From the NCBI RefSeq assembly GCF_006345805.1, contig NC_043007.1, forward strand, positions 56,730,001-56,794,000: 64,000 nucleotides of DNA, written 5' to 3'. Numbering within the stretch: the first letter of the stretch is position 1; the number at the start of each line of letters is the position of its first letter. Made by a program: the position numbers and the translations under genes. Below the pieces are notes generated by a model. That model saw nothing but the letters and a program-made list of their open reading frames with translations, had not been told where the DNA came from and did not search any database. Shown here one piece after another: positions 27,360 to 40,112 of the stretch. The stretch is from Octopus sinensis. Lineage: Eukaryota.

Positions 27360-30000
27360 ATTCTTATATAAATACCTTGTTTTAATTATTTTGTTTTATC
27401 GTGTATTTTTATCTTATTCCGAATAAATTTTTGTCGTTAATAAATTTTTAAATCGTCCTGTTATATATTGCACGATGTCTTTCACCTTTTTTATAACTTA
27501 CTGTTCTCACCCAACAAATCTTTGTAATCTCTCTGTTACCATCACCACCACCACTGTTACAACCAGTGCCGATCGAAACCACAACAGCAATATCAACAGC
27601 AGTAACAAAAATAAAAGCCAACATATAAACGAAAATTTAACTTGTCCTCCCAACATGCCAACACATTCTAGCACAACGAAACAAGATACATCGTGCATTT
27701 CTTCCACGTCGCCGCCTTCGTTAATGCTGCTTGCTGAATGCAAGAAGGAATTACAATCTCGGTAGATGTATTGAAAACACACAAAAAAATATTCTTAAAA
27801 TGCACAACCAGAACACCACATTGAATTCCCCGAGCCTATCCAACAGCAACCAGAATTAAAAATTGTTATATAGAAAACTGTAGGAATAAAAGCTAAGAAA
27901 ATAGAGCAGGTGACACAAGAAATAGAAAAATACTTCAGACCTATTTTGACGACCAATTTATATGCCTCCAGAAGGAAAATCTGGCTCTTTTGAGATGAGA
28001 TCTTCAACAGGCGTGGAGGCCAGAAAGCACTTCACTACAACGTTAAAGAGTAAGTAGCTTAGCCGTAGGGTTTCGGAATAAAAGGAGTCAACGTGCCACG
28101 AGAAATAAATATTTTCTGGCTGGTGGTGGAGGTGCTCTTCGACATAGGGTAGGAAATCAATATTCTTTAGGTCCAGAGCCTGTAGACTCAATATTAGTTG
28201 TGCCAAGGGATGGAGCTACTGATTTTTAACGGAACACCAAAGTATAGAGTCCAAAGTATAGAATCAACCAGTTGGTTCACAACAGCATGTGGCTGTTGAA
28301 GGCAGAAAGCCGAGATGTCATTGTGTGGTGATACAATCCAGCTGAAGACATTCTCATCACAACAAAAGAAGAAAGAATCAATACATTCATTTTCACCAAC
28401 ACAGTATCACAGCAGCAACAACACCAAAAGGAAATCAGAAGGACCATCCACAGATGAGCACGACCATAACAATCACAACAATTGCAACATCAAAGTTGCA
28501 GCAACAGTTACAAAAACAAAAAAGAAACGCTGTCCTTAAGAACTACCACATCACAAACAACAACAGAAAATCCCCTTACAAAATCAACAACAGAACAGAA
28601 AGACAATGACCTTCAAAATATGCCCATCCCCGCTTGGAATCACTCATATATGTGGTGTTGTGAAGGAGACAGGAAAGAAGGCAAATGGAAATATGTAACG
28701 AACAAGGAAAAAGGGAAAGGGAGAAAAACACGCCAACAAAAGTGCAGGGCGGTTCAAAGAGATAGAACCTCCCATCAACAACAACACGAACACTAACAGC
28801 ACTATTATCTCCATCGCTATCACCAACGTTACATTACAACCATCATCACCACAAACACACCTAAAAGTACAAACACCAGCAAATCTTATGGCCACAAACC
28901 AAAAGCAACCACAACAGAGAAACATCAGAAATTTTACTGCCATAAACACTAATGGAACTCATGTACAACCATACAAACATCACGCAGAGCAATTTCATCA
29001 CACCAACACCCATGAAAAATCGTCCAGAAACCCAAAACACATACAACTCCATACAAAATACAAATAGTCCGATGGAATAGGAGACATAAAGAACATCAAT
29101 AAGTCTTTATAAGAAACTGCTTGTGGAGATGCTTAAGTTTAACTAGAGATACGGAACATCTGTCCACTCTCCCCAACAAAATTACTGTAATTAGCTCCTC
29201 GTTTCATTCTTTCTCGCTGTCTAACATAGCATTGCTCAGAAGTAATGCTCGTGGCCCACATTCGCCTTAGAATGAGGGCTATCTACTCAGAGACCTCAGA
29301 TTGTTAAATATAAATGTGATGGCCATCAGTGAGGCCACAGTTTCCGATCCACAAGTCCCCATGCCCATTTTCAGTGGATATGAAATTTACTTATCTCCAT
29401 GTTGACCAGGGATGGGATACAGGTCTGCAGTTTTCTTTGCCAAAAGTATGGGTCGCAAGATACGGACCATCGCCTTGAACCCAGAAGTTAAGTTGATGGT
29501 CCTGTGCGTGAACAATACAGAAGAGGTTGCTTCGGTAGTATTTGTTTTTGCTTCTTCCGATGTTTGGAGGTTTTCCAGGGAAAGTTCCGCTTCCTAATAT
29601 TAGTGGACTGTTGTACACCTTCATGGATGCACTCTTGGATTGAGTGGGGCTAGCTGGTAGGAGAGGGATGCAAAAGCCTGAAGGATGCAAAAGGTGTCGA
29701 CTTGATTTCCCGAGCGTGAGAAACAGTATCGAGTCATCAAGGTTATATCTATATAGAGTATCCTGTTGACTAGTAGATAAGAATAGCATAGGCTCCTAAC
29801 ATTTTAACATCGTCGGTTACACAGACCACAAATTTGCGATCTGCATCACAAATGTGTGGTTTGTGTATAGGCTTCGTATACAGGAACCCGGGTACTGGAT
29901 ATTGAACGCGTCATTCCCGGCGCGCCAAGCTTACAGCGACCGGATAACTGAATTAGTTAAGCGGGCAATGATGAGGGCAATTGTCAACAACAAATGGAAG
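27360..30000 (+). mobile_element. Decayed Tx1/L1-type LINE, 5' part (ORF1 plus AP endonuclease)
   Basis: Broken zinc knuckle VEGRKPRCH/LCGDTIQLKTF at ~28290-28355. Endonuclease remnants GYLLRDLRLLNINVMAISE, PIFSGYEIYLSP, VGYTDH and PGYWILNAS..AYSDRITELVKRA are collinear with the element at 59863-64000. The 5' boundary is approximate. Confidence 0.7.
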
Positions 30001-32569
30001 TTGACCTGAAAAGGGCGTTTACAGTTAGGTTAAGTAAGACTGTAGTGATAAAAATATAGAACAGAGAGAAAGTTAGAGACTTGGAGGAGGCGCTTTACAC
30101 GCCTGCATTTAACCCCATCATATCATGTCATGTTTTGTAGTGTTTCGTCTTGTATCATCCTTGATTTGTTTGTAAACCGTTAATGGTTAATGAAGACATC
30201 ATCATTATCATCATCATCATCTTCTTCTTCTTCTTCTTCTTCTTCTTCTTCTTCTTCTCTTCTTCTTCTTCTTCTTCTTCTTCTTCTTCTTCTTCTTCTT
30301 CTTCTTCTTCTACTACATCGTTTTTCTGCTTGTCGAAGCATTTCACTCTTCAATTTTACTTTACAACTTTTATTGAGCACTGTTGTTCCTTCGAATTTCG
30401 TTTTAAGGTTATAGAAAAAAAATAAACTGAGAAAAATGACAATGAAAAGACCAATTTATAAACAACTAAAGTTAGATAAGCAAAAGCCCGAACTTGAACG
30501 AGATAAACAGAAGTTCTGGAAGCAACTGCGACTCATATTTTTGCTAGTGTTGCAAGCCAAAAGGAAACATATTGATATGGATCGACTGTAGGTAAAAGAA
30601 GAAACGTGGAAGAGGTGGGTCACAAAAGAGCATATTTTCGTTGTCTGAGGAATTCATCGATAAGGTGGCGAAGAATATGACATGACTGTTTTTCAAAAAA
30701 GGTGTGTCTTAGATATCTCAAATGGGGATTTCGTGGAAACTCAAACTGATGTATTGTAGGTAGGTTGCGTAATCCATTATCCTGGAAAAGCTGCATGGAA
30801 GCATGTACATCGTCTTCAAAACCGAAGATAAGGTGAGCAGATAAATGGGGCTAATGAGCCTGATAGCTATCCACAAACTGGATAGGTAGAGAGAACAAGT
30901 GTGAGTGAAATATAAGGGTGACAGCTCGAGATATTGGTAGTGACATTGACTCTTCGTTTATTGTTATCTCTGTGATACAATGTAGATGGATGTTGTACAG
31001 TGGCTCCCAATATGAAGTGGTCGGTGGATGGGTATATGGACATTGTTCCGATTATCCCTAACACCATAAGCCTATCCCAGAACTGTTCACCTTTGATGAA
31101 ATAGTATTAGAGTTAATCAGACTAATGTGGCAAAGCAGAAGATCCAGTAACTGTATGCTTAGTAGCAAAAGTCACTCGAAGCATTCTGTCCAGCGGTGGA
31201 AATAAAGGTAAATGGTGAACGGCAATGGCAGACAGCAGCAGATGCAGCAACAACAACAAACGCAGCATGCGGACTCTGAGACGAAGACGATGGTCATTGT
31301 AGCTGCCACTATTTCGGTCGCTGCTCTAAAGATGGCTAGAGCAAAGAGAAATGGAACTGTCACAAAATGAGTGTTACCAGAAAGAGAAGCCCACGAAATA
31401 GGGCACCGAGAAGCCGTTATGTCGCTTTCTCTAGGATAATACTAACCAGGAGCTCTAAACAGAAGTTGGGTAAGATTATAGACTGGAGAAAGGAATGGAA
31501 CCGTCAAGGATTGTAAGGGACAATAAGAAGACAGAAAATAATAAAGAGTCTAGGCTAAAGACAAAAATCCGGCTGGAAATCCCACTCAAAGAGACTTCCT
31601 CTTCCCTGGAATGCATGAATTTCAATGTTAACCGAAAAAAAGTAATAACTTAGGGAAACTGCTGAAAGACTGAGAAAAAGAAATGATTTGTTGCCTGACG
31701 AAGAAATAAAGAATACCAATGAGCTCAAATGACACTGCTTATGAAAACTATACTAATAATTTTTATATTCTTATATTATTTGGGATATTTTATACTTTGG
31801 ATAATTATGATATTTAACTAAATTCGGGAGGTCCAGATTGCAGCTAGTGTGGAAAATTCTAGAACTCATAACGTACCGAGTTCTCAACTAGGGGCGGCTT
31901 CTCATCACTTGTGTCCTTACGAGATTTTCTAAAGTTTAAACCTGTTTAATATATAGCGTTATGTTTCTGTCGCAGCCTCCGCTTATTTTACATGTTTTGT
32001 AACACTTTTCTTCAATGTGCTTTTTTTTATTTTATGTTTGGACACTTACAGCCAATAAAAGCGATAATAATTATGATGATGGTGGTCCATGGAAGAATCG
32101 GTAGACCCGTCGACAAAGTGTTATGTGGTGTTAAATTATGCTTCTTTATATTCTGACTTCATAACCTAGCAATGCCAACCTTGCCTTTCATCTTTCTAGG
32201 ATCGGTAATGCTGGCATAGACCTAATTGATCAGATCTAACATAAAATATATGGCTTTGCGCTAATGTTAGAAAACATTATCATTATTATTATATGCAATA
32301 CCCCGACTATGTGTGAGTCTTGTTTGTTTAGTTTTTGTAATGTCTCTCATCCGCTGTCCTTATGACAAATAAAGAAACAGGCCTAAGTAGACTTTGGGTC
32401 AACAAAATAAGACAATAAAATTCTCGATCGATTTCATTATCAATTCCCTGCCTCATAATGTACATTATTATCAAACATCATCTTTGTTGTTGTGGTTGTT
32501 GTTGTTGTTGTTGCTGTTGTTGTTGTTGCCGTGGTGATGGTGGGGGTGCTGCTGCTGGTGGTATTACTT

Positions 32570-33310
32570 TTGTAATTTAGCACCAGGTCAGCCCTGATCG
32601 AGAGTTATGATTATTACAGCCATGACTGTCTTTTTGTTTTCAGACAATGTTTTTAGACGTAGGGAGAGAGAAATCGATGGAGATTTGGTTGCTATTTCTA
32701 GCAGATCATGCACTGACTTTCCGACTCACTTGTACGCATCAGTGTTATTATTATTATTGCTCTTAAGGCGGTGAGCTTGACAGGCTCGTAAGCACGCTGG
32801 GCGAAATGCTTAGCGGTGTTTCGTTCGTTTTCACATTCTGAGTTCAAATTCCGCCGAGGTCCACTTTACCTTTTATCTTTTGGGGTCGATAAAATAAGCA
32901 CCAGCTGAATACTGGGGTCGATGTAATCGACTTATTCCGCTCTCCCAAATTCCAGGCCTTGTGCTTATAGTAGAAAGGATTATTATTTTTATTGGTGTTA
33001 TTACTCCTGCTATGCTGTTGTTCTTATTCTATTTTTTCTCATCTTTGTTGTTCTCTGTCATCAACATCGTTGTTGCTGCTGTCAGATTCCTTTGTACATG
33101 TTCTTATTCCTGGTGCTGAACCCTAGGTCAGCCCGAATCAAACAGCGCTAGGACTAATGTTGTTCCAACACTGACCATCTTGTTTTTGGTATGTCAGAGA
33201 CTATAACCATTATCCATTGCATCTTCCTTTATTTATAACGGTGGAGTGTGATTTGAGTGTTATTTGGCTTCTACTTCTACCAGGTTGAACGGTCGTTTAG
33301 AAACTTCCTA
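32570..33310 (+). mobile_element. Two copies of a further interspersed repeat (CCAGGTCAGCCCTGATC ... GATTTGG.TGCTATTTCTAGC)
   Basis: Copies at about 32570-32720 and 33110-33310, with related fragments at about 18160-18270 and 55780-55850. Confidence 0.5.
32767..32985 (+). mobile_element. tRNA-derived SINE family B
   Basis: Head GGCGGTGAGCTTGACAGG, box B-like GAGTTCAAATTCC, central CGAGGTC..CTTT..CTTTTATC..GGGGTCGATAAAATAAG. Many similar copies in the window. Confidence 0.8.
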
Positions 33311-33821
33311 GCTGACTTGTTGCTAATCTTCTTACCGTTACCAATGTTGTTATTGTTATTGTCAGCTGGGAATATCAAATAAAGCAAAGGAAAAACAAAA
33401 CATTTTTTTTTAAACGGAACGAAATAAACACTCAAAACAGAACAAAAAACTATGAAAAAATACACAAAAAGCCAGAAACTCCTAAAAGCAAATACAGAAC
33501 GTACAGATGACAAAAATAAACTATATTTCACGTTAAAAATATAAAAAAAAAGGTGGTGGGAGGGACGAAAGATGAAACGAAGACTACAATGTAACTTCAA
33601 TTTATGTATTTATTTTTTTGGGGTAAATGTAGAAGTGATGTGTCTAAGGCAGAGGGAGGGTGTCGAAGAGATTAATTAACCCGACCATTATTCTATTATT
33701 TTTAGTTTATTTTGTTTAACCTACAGCTGTAGATCAAATTTAACAGATTCGAAATAGTTACCAACAAAGAATTACAATTTGATGTATCTTTTTAAACATT
33801 TATTTGTACCATTTGCGTTTC

Positions 33822-33872
<51 letters not shown>

Positions 33873-33897
33873 TGTGTGTATGAATAAATATATATTT

Positions 33898-33956
<59 letters not shown>

Positions 33957-34531
33957 TTGTATTTATTTATTAAAAACAATGTTGTTTTTTCGTTTTTTAT
34001 ATATATGCTCTATTCTTTCTCATTTGAGTGTGCATATATGCTTTGTGCGCGCGCGCGTGTATGTGTGTGTGTGTGTATGAATTTGTATATATGTGTATAT
34101 ATGTGTTTCCACTTTGTTTTATCTTTTTATCTTTCGACAGTTTTCGTGAATCAGTTTTATTCGTATTTCATTACGCTGTTTTCTTATATTTATATTTGCT
34201 TTGCCTCGTGTTTTTTACTTCATTTATTTAAATATTTTTTTCCTTATGTTTCGATTTTTATTATTTTTTGCATGATTCAGAATTTTTTTATTTCTTTCAT
34301 CTAGTAATTTTTTCTGCGTGTGTGTGTGTATGAACGCGTGTGTGTGTGCGTGCGTGCGCACCGCGCATTCTTTCATGTTATTTTTTCTCGTATTTTTATT
34401 TTATATTATTTTTCGAATTTTCCTCGTTCTGTTCTTTTAGGGATCTTTTTGGTAAGTAGACGTTTTTAATGAAGAGCAGGAAGCCTTTTTTTTTTTAAGA
34501 AAAAGTGTCTCTATATTTTATATTGACGTAA

Positions 34532-34600
<69 letters not shown>

Positions 34601-34624
34601 GTTATTGTTATTATTATTATCATC

Positions 34625-34687
<63 letters not shown>

Positions 34688-34690
<3 letters not shown>

Positions 34691-35789
34691 TAGTCTTATT
34701 TTTATTACGCGCTTTCATTGCACTACCGAGCGCAGTTCTGTGTGTCTTGAGTATTTGCTGTGGTTTGTTGTAGTGCTCTTATTTTCGCTGTATTGAAAGT
34801 GCTTTACGTAGGATGTGTGCGGTACCAAGTAGTACTATTTCCTGTATGTTACATATACTTGTAAGTCCTGTTGTTTTTGTTATGTATTTGTCTGAATGTT
34901 TTTTTTTATTATACATAATGCGCCTACTATAATAGAAATTGTTTCTGTTTTTAGGCTCCATATTCGAGGTACCGCATTTCCAGATCTTTGAATTTTGAAA
35001 GTTTCTCCGTTTGTTTTTGAAAGTGCTAGGACAATTCGTCCCCGGTTATTTCGTCTTCCATTAATCTGTAATAATATGTAATAATGCAAACCTTAAAATA
35101 AACGGTTTTTTTTTTAAATTCAGATATTTGTTCTTCCATTTTCCCTATGATCTCGACGAATTGACTGACGACGAATTGATCTGGGGACAAATTAAACGAC
35201 GACAAATTACTGTCGACGAATTGACTGGACACCCTTTTAGAGAAACGTTGTCATCTGTTGGTATTGATACATCGATTAGAAAGCATTTTTTCTTGGTTAT
35301 CTCTGACAGCTATACCCGGCCTATAAGCCTTCATTTCTCTGCCTGTGTTAGCATATCCTAGAGTATGGTTGCTTTCTCATTTTCAATGACCTTTTCTAGG
35401 ATGTGCTTTTACCATCTTTTTTCTGTTGTTATTCCATAATGTTTGCATGACTTCCAGTGTATATAGATCCCAATTCTGTCATGTCAGTGAATATATTCCT
35501 TCTTAGCCAGGACTGGGCAGCCAGAGACAATATGATTTATTATTTCTTCTCCATCATCACATATTCTGCAGTTACTTGTGTTTTCTTTTCCGTGTAGTTT
35601 TTGGTAATTTCTGGTGGGAAGGTTTTGATCTTGTGCTGCGATTAAAAATCCTCCAGTCTCTGCTTTGAGTCCTAAGCTTCTCGGCCATTGTTAAGATATT
35701 GCTTTGTCTACTAGCTTAACCTAATATAGCTTAACCTATATAGCTTAACCTAATATTTGCCTTGTAGGGGCTTTTCTTGCCATCGTTTT
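34688..35789 (-). mobile_element. 5'-truncated R4/Dong-type RLE non-LTR retrotransposon in (AAT)n, with an internal MITE
   Basis: Minus strand encodes GFLIAAQDQNLPTRNY, CRIC...INHIVSGC, LIDVSIP and IVLLGTAHILRKALS. The 3' UTR ends ACTACTG-(AAT)n, and both flanks are (ATT)n on the plus strand. Confidence 0.88.
35023..35232. mobile_element. ~210-bp MITE-like insertion with imperfect 18-bp TIRs and subterminal GACGAATTGA repeats (duplicate at 36352-36560)
   Basis: Absent from the related copy at 54017-54482. Ends GTGCTAGGACAATTCGTC and GACGAATTGACTGGACAC match at 13/18 positions. Confidence 0.72.
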
Positions 35790-35853
35790 ATTATTATTAT
35801 TATTATTATTATATTATTATTATTATTATTATATTATTATTATATTATTATTA

Positions 35854-35925
<72 letters not shown>

Positions 35926-35949
35926 GTTATTGTTATTATTATTATCATC

Positions 35950-35998
<49 letters not shown>

Positions 35999-36016
35999 TA
36001 TATTATTATTATTATT

Positions 36017-37132
36017 CAGTAGTCTTATTTTTATTACGCGCTTTCATTGCACTACCGAGCGCAGTTCTGTGTGTCTTGAGTATTTGCTGTGGTTTGTTGT
36101 AGTGCTCTTATTTTCGCTGTATTGAAAGTGCTTTACGTAGGATGTGTGCGGTACCAAGTAGTACTATTTCCTGTATGTTACATATACTTGTAAGTCCTGT
36201 TGTTTTTGTTATGTATTTGTCTGAATGTTTTTTTTTATTATACATAATGCGCCTACTATAATAGAAATTGTTTCTGTTTTTAGGCTCCATATTCGAGGTA
36301 CCGCATTTCCAGATCTTTGAATTTTGAAAGTTTCTCCGTTTGTTTTTGAAAGTGCTAGGACAATTCGTCCCCGGTTATTTCGTCTTCCATTAATCTGTAA
36401 TAATATGTAATAATGCAAACCTAAAATAAACGGTTTTTTTTTTAAATTCAGATATTTGTTCTTCCATTTTCCCTATGATCTCGACGAATTGACTGACGAC
36501 GAATTGATCTGGGGACAAATTAAACGACGACAAATTACTGTCGACGAATTGACTGGACACCCTTTTAGAGAAACGTTGTCATCTGTTGGTATTGATACAT
36601 CGATTAGAAAGCATTTTTTCTTGGTTATCTCTGACAGCTATACCCGGCCTATAAGCCTTCATTTCTCTGCCTGTGTTAGCATATCCTAGAGTATGGTTGC
36701 TTTCTCATTTTCAATGACCTTTTCTAGGATGTGCTTTTACCATCTTTTTTCTGTTGTTATTCCATAATGTTTGCATGACTTCCAGTGTATATAGATCCCA
36801 ATTCTGTCATGTCAGTGAATATATTCCTTCTTAGCCAGGACTGGGCAGCCAGAGACAATATGATTTATTATTTCTTCTCCATCATCACATATTCTGCAGT
36901 TACTTGTGTTTTCTTTTCCGTGTAGTTTTTGGTAATTTCTGGTGGGAAGGTTTTGATCTTGTGCTGCGATTAAAAATCCTCCAGTCTCTGCTTTGAGTCC
37001 TAAGCTTCTCGGCCATTGTTAAGATATTGCTTTGTCTACTAGCTTAACCTAATATAGCTTAACCTAATATAGCTTAACCTATATAGCTTAACCTAATATT
37101 TGCCTTGTAGGGGCTTTTCTTGCCATCGTTTT
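36017..37132 (-). mobile_element. Near-identical tandem duplicate of 34688-35789
   Basis: Offset 1329 nt. Differs only by homopolymer lengths and one extra 15-bp TAGCTTAACCTAATA unit. Confidence 0.9.
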
Positions 37133-37174
37133 ATTATTATTATTTATTATTATTATTATTATTATTTATTATTA

Positions 37175-37252
<78 letters not shown>

Positions 37253-37296
37253 CACCATCATCATTATCGTTATTATTATTATTAAATTATTATTGA

Positions 37297-37515
37297 GGCG
37301 ATGAACTGGCTGAATCGTTAGCGTGCCGGGCGAAATACTGAGCGGTATTTCCTCTGTCGCTGCGTTCTGAGCTCAAGTTCCACTGTGGTTGACTTCCCCA
37401 TTCATCCGTTCGGGGACGATAAAATAAGTACCGTACCAGTTGAACACTGGGGTCGATGTAATCGGCTAAGCCCCCGCCCCCAAAATTACTGCCCTTGTGG
37501 TAAAATTTTAAACCG
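37297..37515 (+). mobile_element. SINE family B copy
   Basis: Same head, box B and GGGGTCGATGTAATCG segment. Confidence 0.78.
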
Positions 37516-37685
37516 TTATTTTTATCATTATCGATAATATTAATAGGCCAGTTAGTGGCGTCAAAGATGAATTAATATATCATCGCTCTAATCATAATAA
37601 AAATATTACTAATAGATCTAATGGCATAAAAAATAAAGTATTACATAACCACTCTACTATTAAGCAGGATAATAAGAAACCTATG

Positions 37686-37820
37686 AATAAGCCTAGGAAA
37701 ATTATTTGGTTCGCTCCTCCCTTTTTCTTAATATAAAAACTAATATTGGTAAAAGATTCCTGTCACTTATCGGGCAACCACTTTCCAGCCACTAACAGAT
37801 ACAGGAAAATATTTAATAGG
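37686..37820 (+). pseudogene. Penelope-like element ORF fragment (linker between RT and GIY-YIG)
   Basis: Across two frameshifts it reads KPRKIIWFAPPF / NIKTNIGKRFLSLI / NHFPATNRYRKIFNR, matching the IIWFNPPFS..VKTNIG..FL.LI..HFP.....KIFNR motif of PLEs. Confidence 0.78.
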
Positions 37821-37985
37821 CGTTGATTGGCTCCAAGAGGCCATCTCCTCAAGCTTGCTATGTAACACACAAATCTGTATCCATTACAACCTTCGTACAG
37901 GGGAGGTCAGCAGCTTCCCCTTGCTGGTTCAACATCTACAGACTAGATTCGGAGTTGGGCGATGGCCTCTTGGAGCCAACAAACG
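37821..37985. repeat. Short element with 19-bp perfect inverted repeats (possible MITE)
   Basis: TTGGCTCCAAGAGGCCATC (37827-37845) versus GATGGCCTCTTGGAGCCAA (37961-37979), 115-nt spacer. Confidence 0.65.
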
Positions 37986-38100
37986 GCAGCATTCGTCCTA
38001 TTTTCCAGGACTGCCATGTTAGCTAGGCGATAACTATTAATATCCATAACTATTGCCCTGTTGCCGTAGTCTCCTTTAGAGAGATTTAGAAATATTAATA

Positions 38101-39369
38101 TCAGGTCATCCCGTAAGTTCTGTCCGAATTTTGAATAAAGAAAACAAGTGATCAAATGTTATATTTAATTCAAATTTAATCATTAACGTACTTTCCCTGA
38201 TTATCTATGACTTCCTTCCATCTATTTACAAACTTTTTAATCCCATCAATGTAAAACTCTTTTGGTTTCAAAGCGATGAACTCTGAAATGTCAGTTCCTA
38301 CCTCCTGGCTTGCGAAAGTTATGTTCCCCAATTGATTCTGTAAACTACGAAGCAACTTGTAGTCTGAAGGAGCAAGGTCTGGAGAATAATGTGGATGAGG
38401 AATTTTTTCCCAATCAAGCTCTTCGATCTTCTGTGATGTGATCTTTGCAGTGTGGGGTCGCGCATTGTCCTGATGAAACATCACTCCTTTTCGATTCACT
38501 AAAGCGGGTCTTTTTTTTCTTCAAAGTTTGGTTCAAACGCTCTAATTGCTGACTTGAGCATTGATTGTTGCATTAGGTGGTAACAATTCAAAGTGAATTA
38601 CTCCTTTGCAATCTCACCAGATAGAGAAAAGAACCTTTTTTCCATGAAGTTCCCTTCTCGGTTGTGGTTGAGCTTTTTCCCTTTTACCAAACCACTGTTT
38701 ACGACTGTTTCTATAGAAGATCCATTATTCGTCGCCAGTCACAAGTCTATTCAAAAAAGGTGAAATTAGTTCGCGAGAATGGAGAGAAGAGGAAATGTCA
38801 ACTTGGGAATTGCGATTGCTTTCGAACAATTCATGTGGCACCTATTTTCCGAGTTTAGGAACCTTTCCAAGTTGTTGAAGATGACGATGAACAGTTGTAT
38901 GGTTTCCTCTAAGCTTTATTGCCAATTCTTCAACTGATAATGCAGGATTTTCTTCAGCTAATGCCTCAAGGATCTTATCATCAAACTCAACTGGACGTCC
39001 TGTTCGATCTTCATCTTCAAGACTGAAATCTCCACTTCTGAATTTTGCAAACCGTCTTCTGCAAGTTCTTTCATGCAAGCATTCTTTCCCATAACCTGAG
39101 TTTATGTTCCGAGTCTCTTCGGCTGCAGAGTTTCCTTTTTTTGTACTCATAAAGCATTATGTGCCTCAAATGCTCTTTGGATACTTCCATGTTAGAAAGG
39201 GTTTTAATCAAATAAATTTTAATTCTATTATTCTGTAAAATAATATTCAATTAGTTTAAATATATACAAATGCATAAAAATAATTTTTAATTTCATTAGA
39301 CGTTCTAAAATACTATCAAATTTCTTTCAACTTTAAAAAAGGTAAAATCGGCCAGAACTTACGGAATGA

Positions 39370-39373
<4 letters not shown>
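38101..39373 (-). mobile_element. Full-length inactive mariner (DD34D) transposon, about 1.27 kb
   Basis: About 28-bp imperfect TIRs (TCAGGTCATCCCGTAAGTTCTGTCCGA and the reverse complement of TCGGCCAGAACTTACGGAATGACCTA) flanked by TA. Transposase 39190 to 38176 starts MEVSKEHLRHIMLYEY and has HQDNARPH and YSPDLAPSDY motifs. The WVPHE and TGDEKW motifs carry stop codons and there are frameshifts. Confidence 0.93.
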
Positions 39374-39462
<89 letters not shown>

Positions 39463-39550
39463 GGAGATGTACTCGCATAGCAAGTGATTTGATCTGAGAT
39501 CGTGTGCTGAGATCGTGTGCTGGAACGAAAACAATTGCACGCTGTAATTG

Positions 39551-39603
<53 letters not shown>

Positions 39604-39616
39604 TGTGTATATAAAG

Positions 39617-39660
<44 letters not shown>

Positions 39661-39719
39661 GTGTATGTATATGTATATATGTTTGTATGTGTGTGTATGT
39701 ATGTATACATGTGTGCATA

Positions 39720-40057
39720 GGTATAAGTGAGAATCTCCTTATTTACCTAAAACTCTATTCCCCCTTTTTTTTATATATAGGTTTTTTTATATATGGGTTT
39801 TTTTATTTTTTTATTTTATTTTCTTATTTTTTTATTTTTTTATTTATTCTTCTATCTAATTTAACACTGACTCCTTGACCACTCCCCCAAGTATGATATT
39901 TTGCGCTATGCCTACCCCCCAAAAAGTCCCCCACCAACACCCCGTTAAACCTGCCTAAATGTATAAATGCCAATACAATTCTTGTTAACTAGCTTCCTGA
40001 AGATTTCTCTTGAATGAAACAGTTCTAGTCCTGTAGAAGCTCCTTCTATATAATAAA

Positions 40058-40062
<5 letters not shown>
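39720..40062 (+). mobile_element. Probable Penelope-like element 3' end (pseudo-LTR) carrying a hammerhead
   Basis: Contains the hammerhead fold below, shares about 60 bp with the 11936-12054 element, and lies between (TA)n tracts. PLE assignment is inferred from the known association of minimal hammerheads with PLE terminal repeats. Confidence 0.6.
39991..40041 (+). ncRNA. Type I hammerhead ribozyme motif
   Basis: AGCTTC-CTGAAGA-T-TTC(TCTT)GAA-T-GAAA-CAG(TTCTAGTC)CTG-TA-GAAGCT. Stem I is 6 bp, core is CUGAAGA/GAAA, stem II is 3 bp above a U-U pair, stem III is 4 bp, and the GUA triplet predicts cleavage after 40035. Confidence 0.78.
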
Positions 40063-40112
<50 letters not shown>

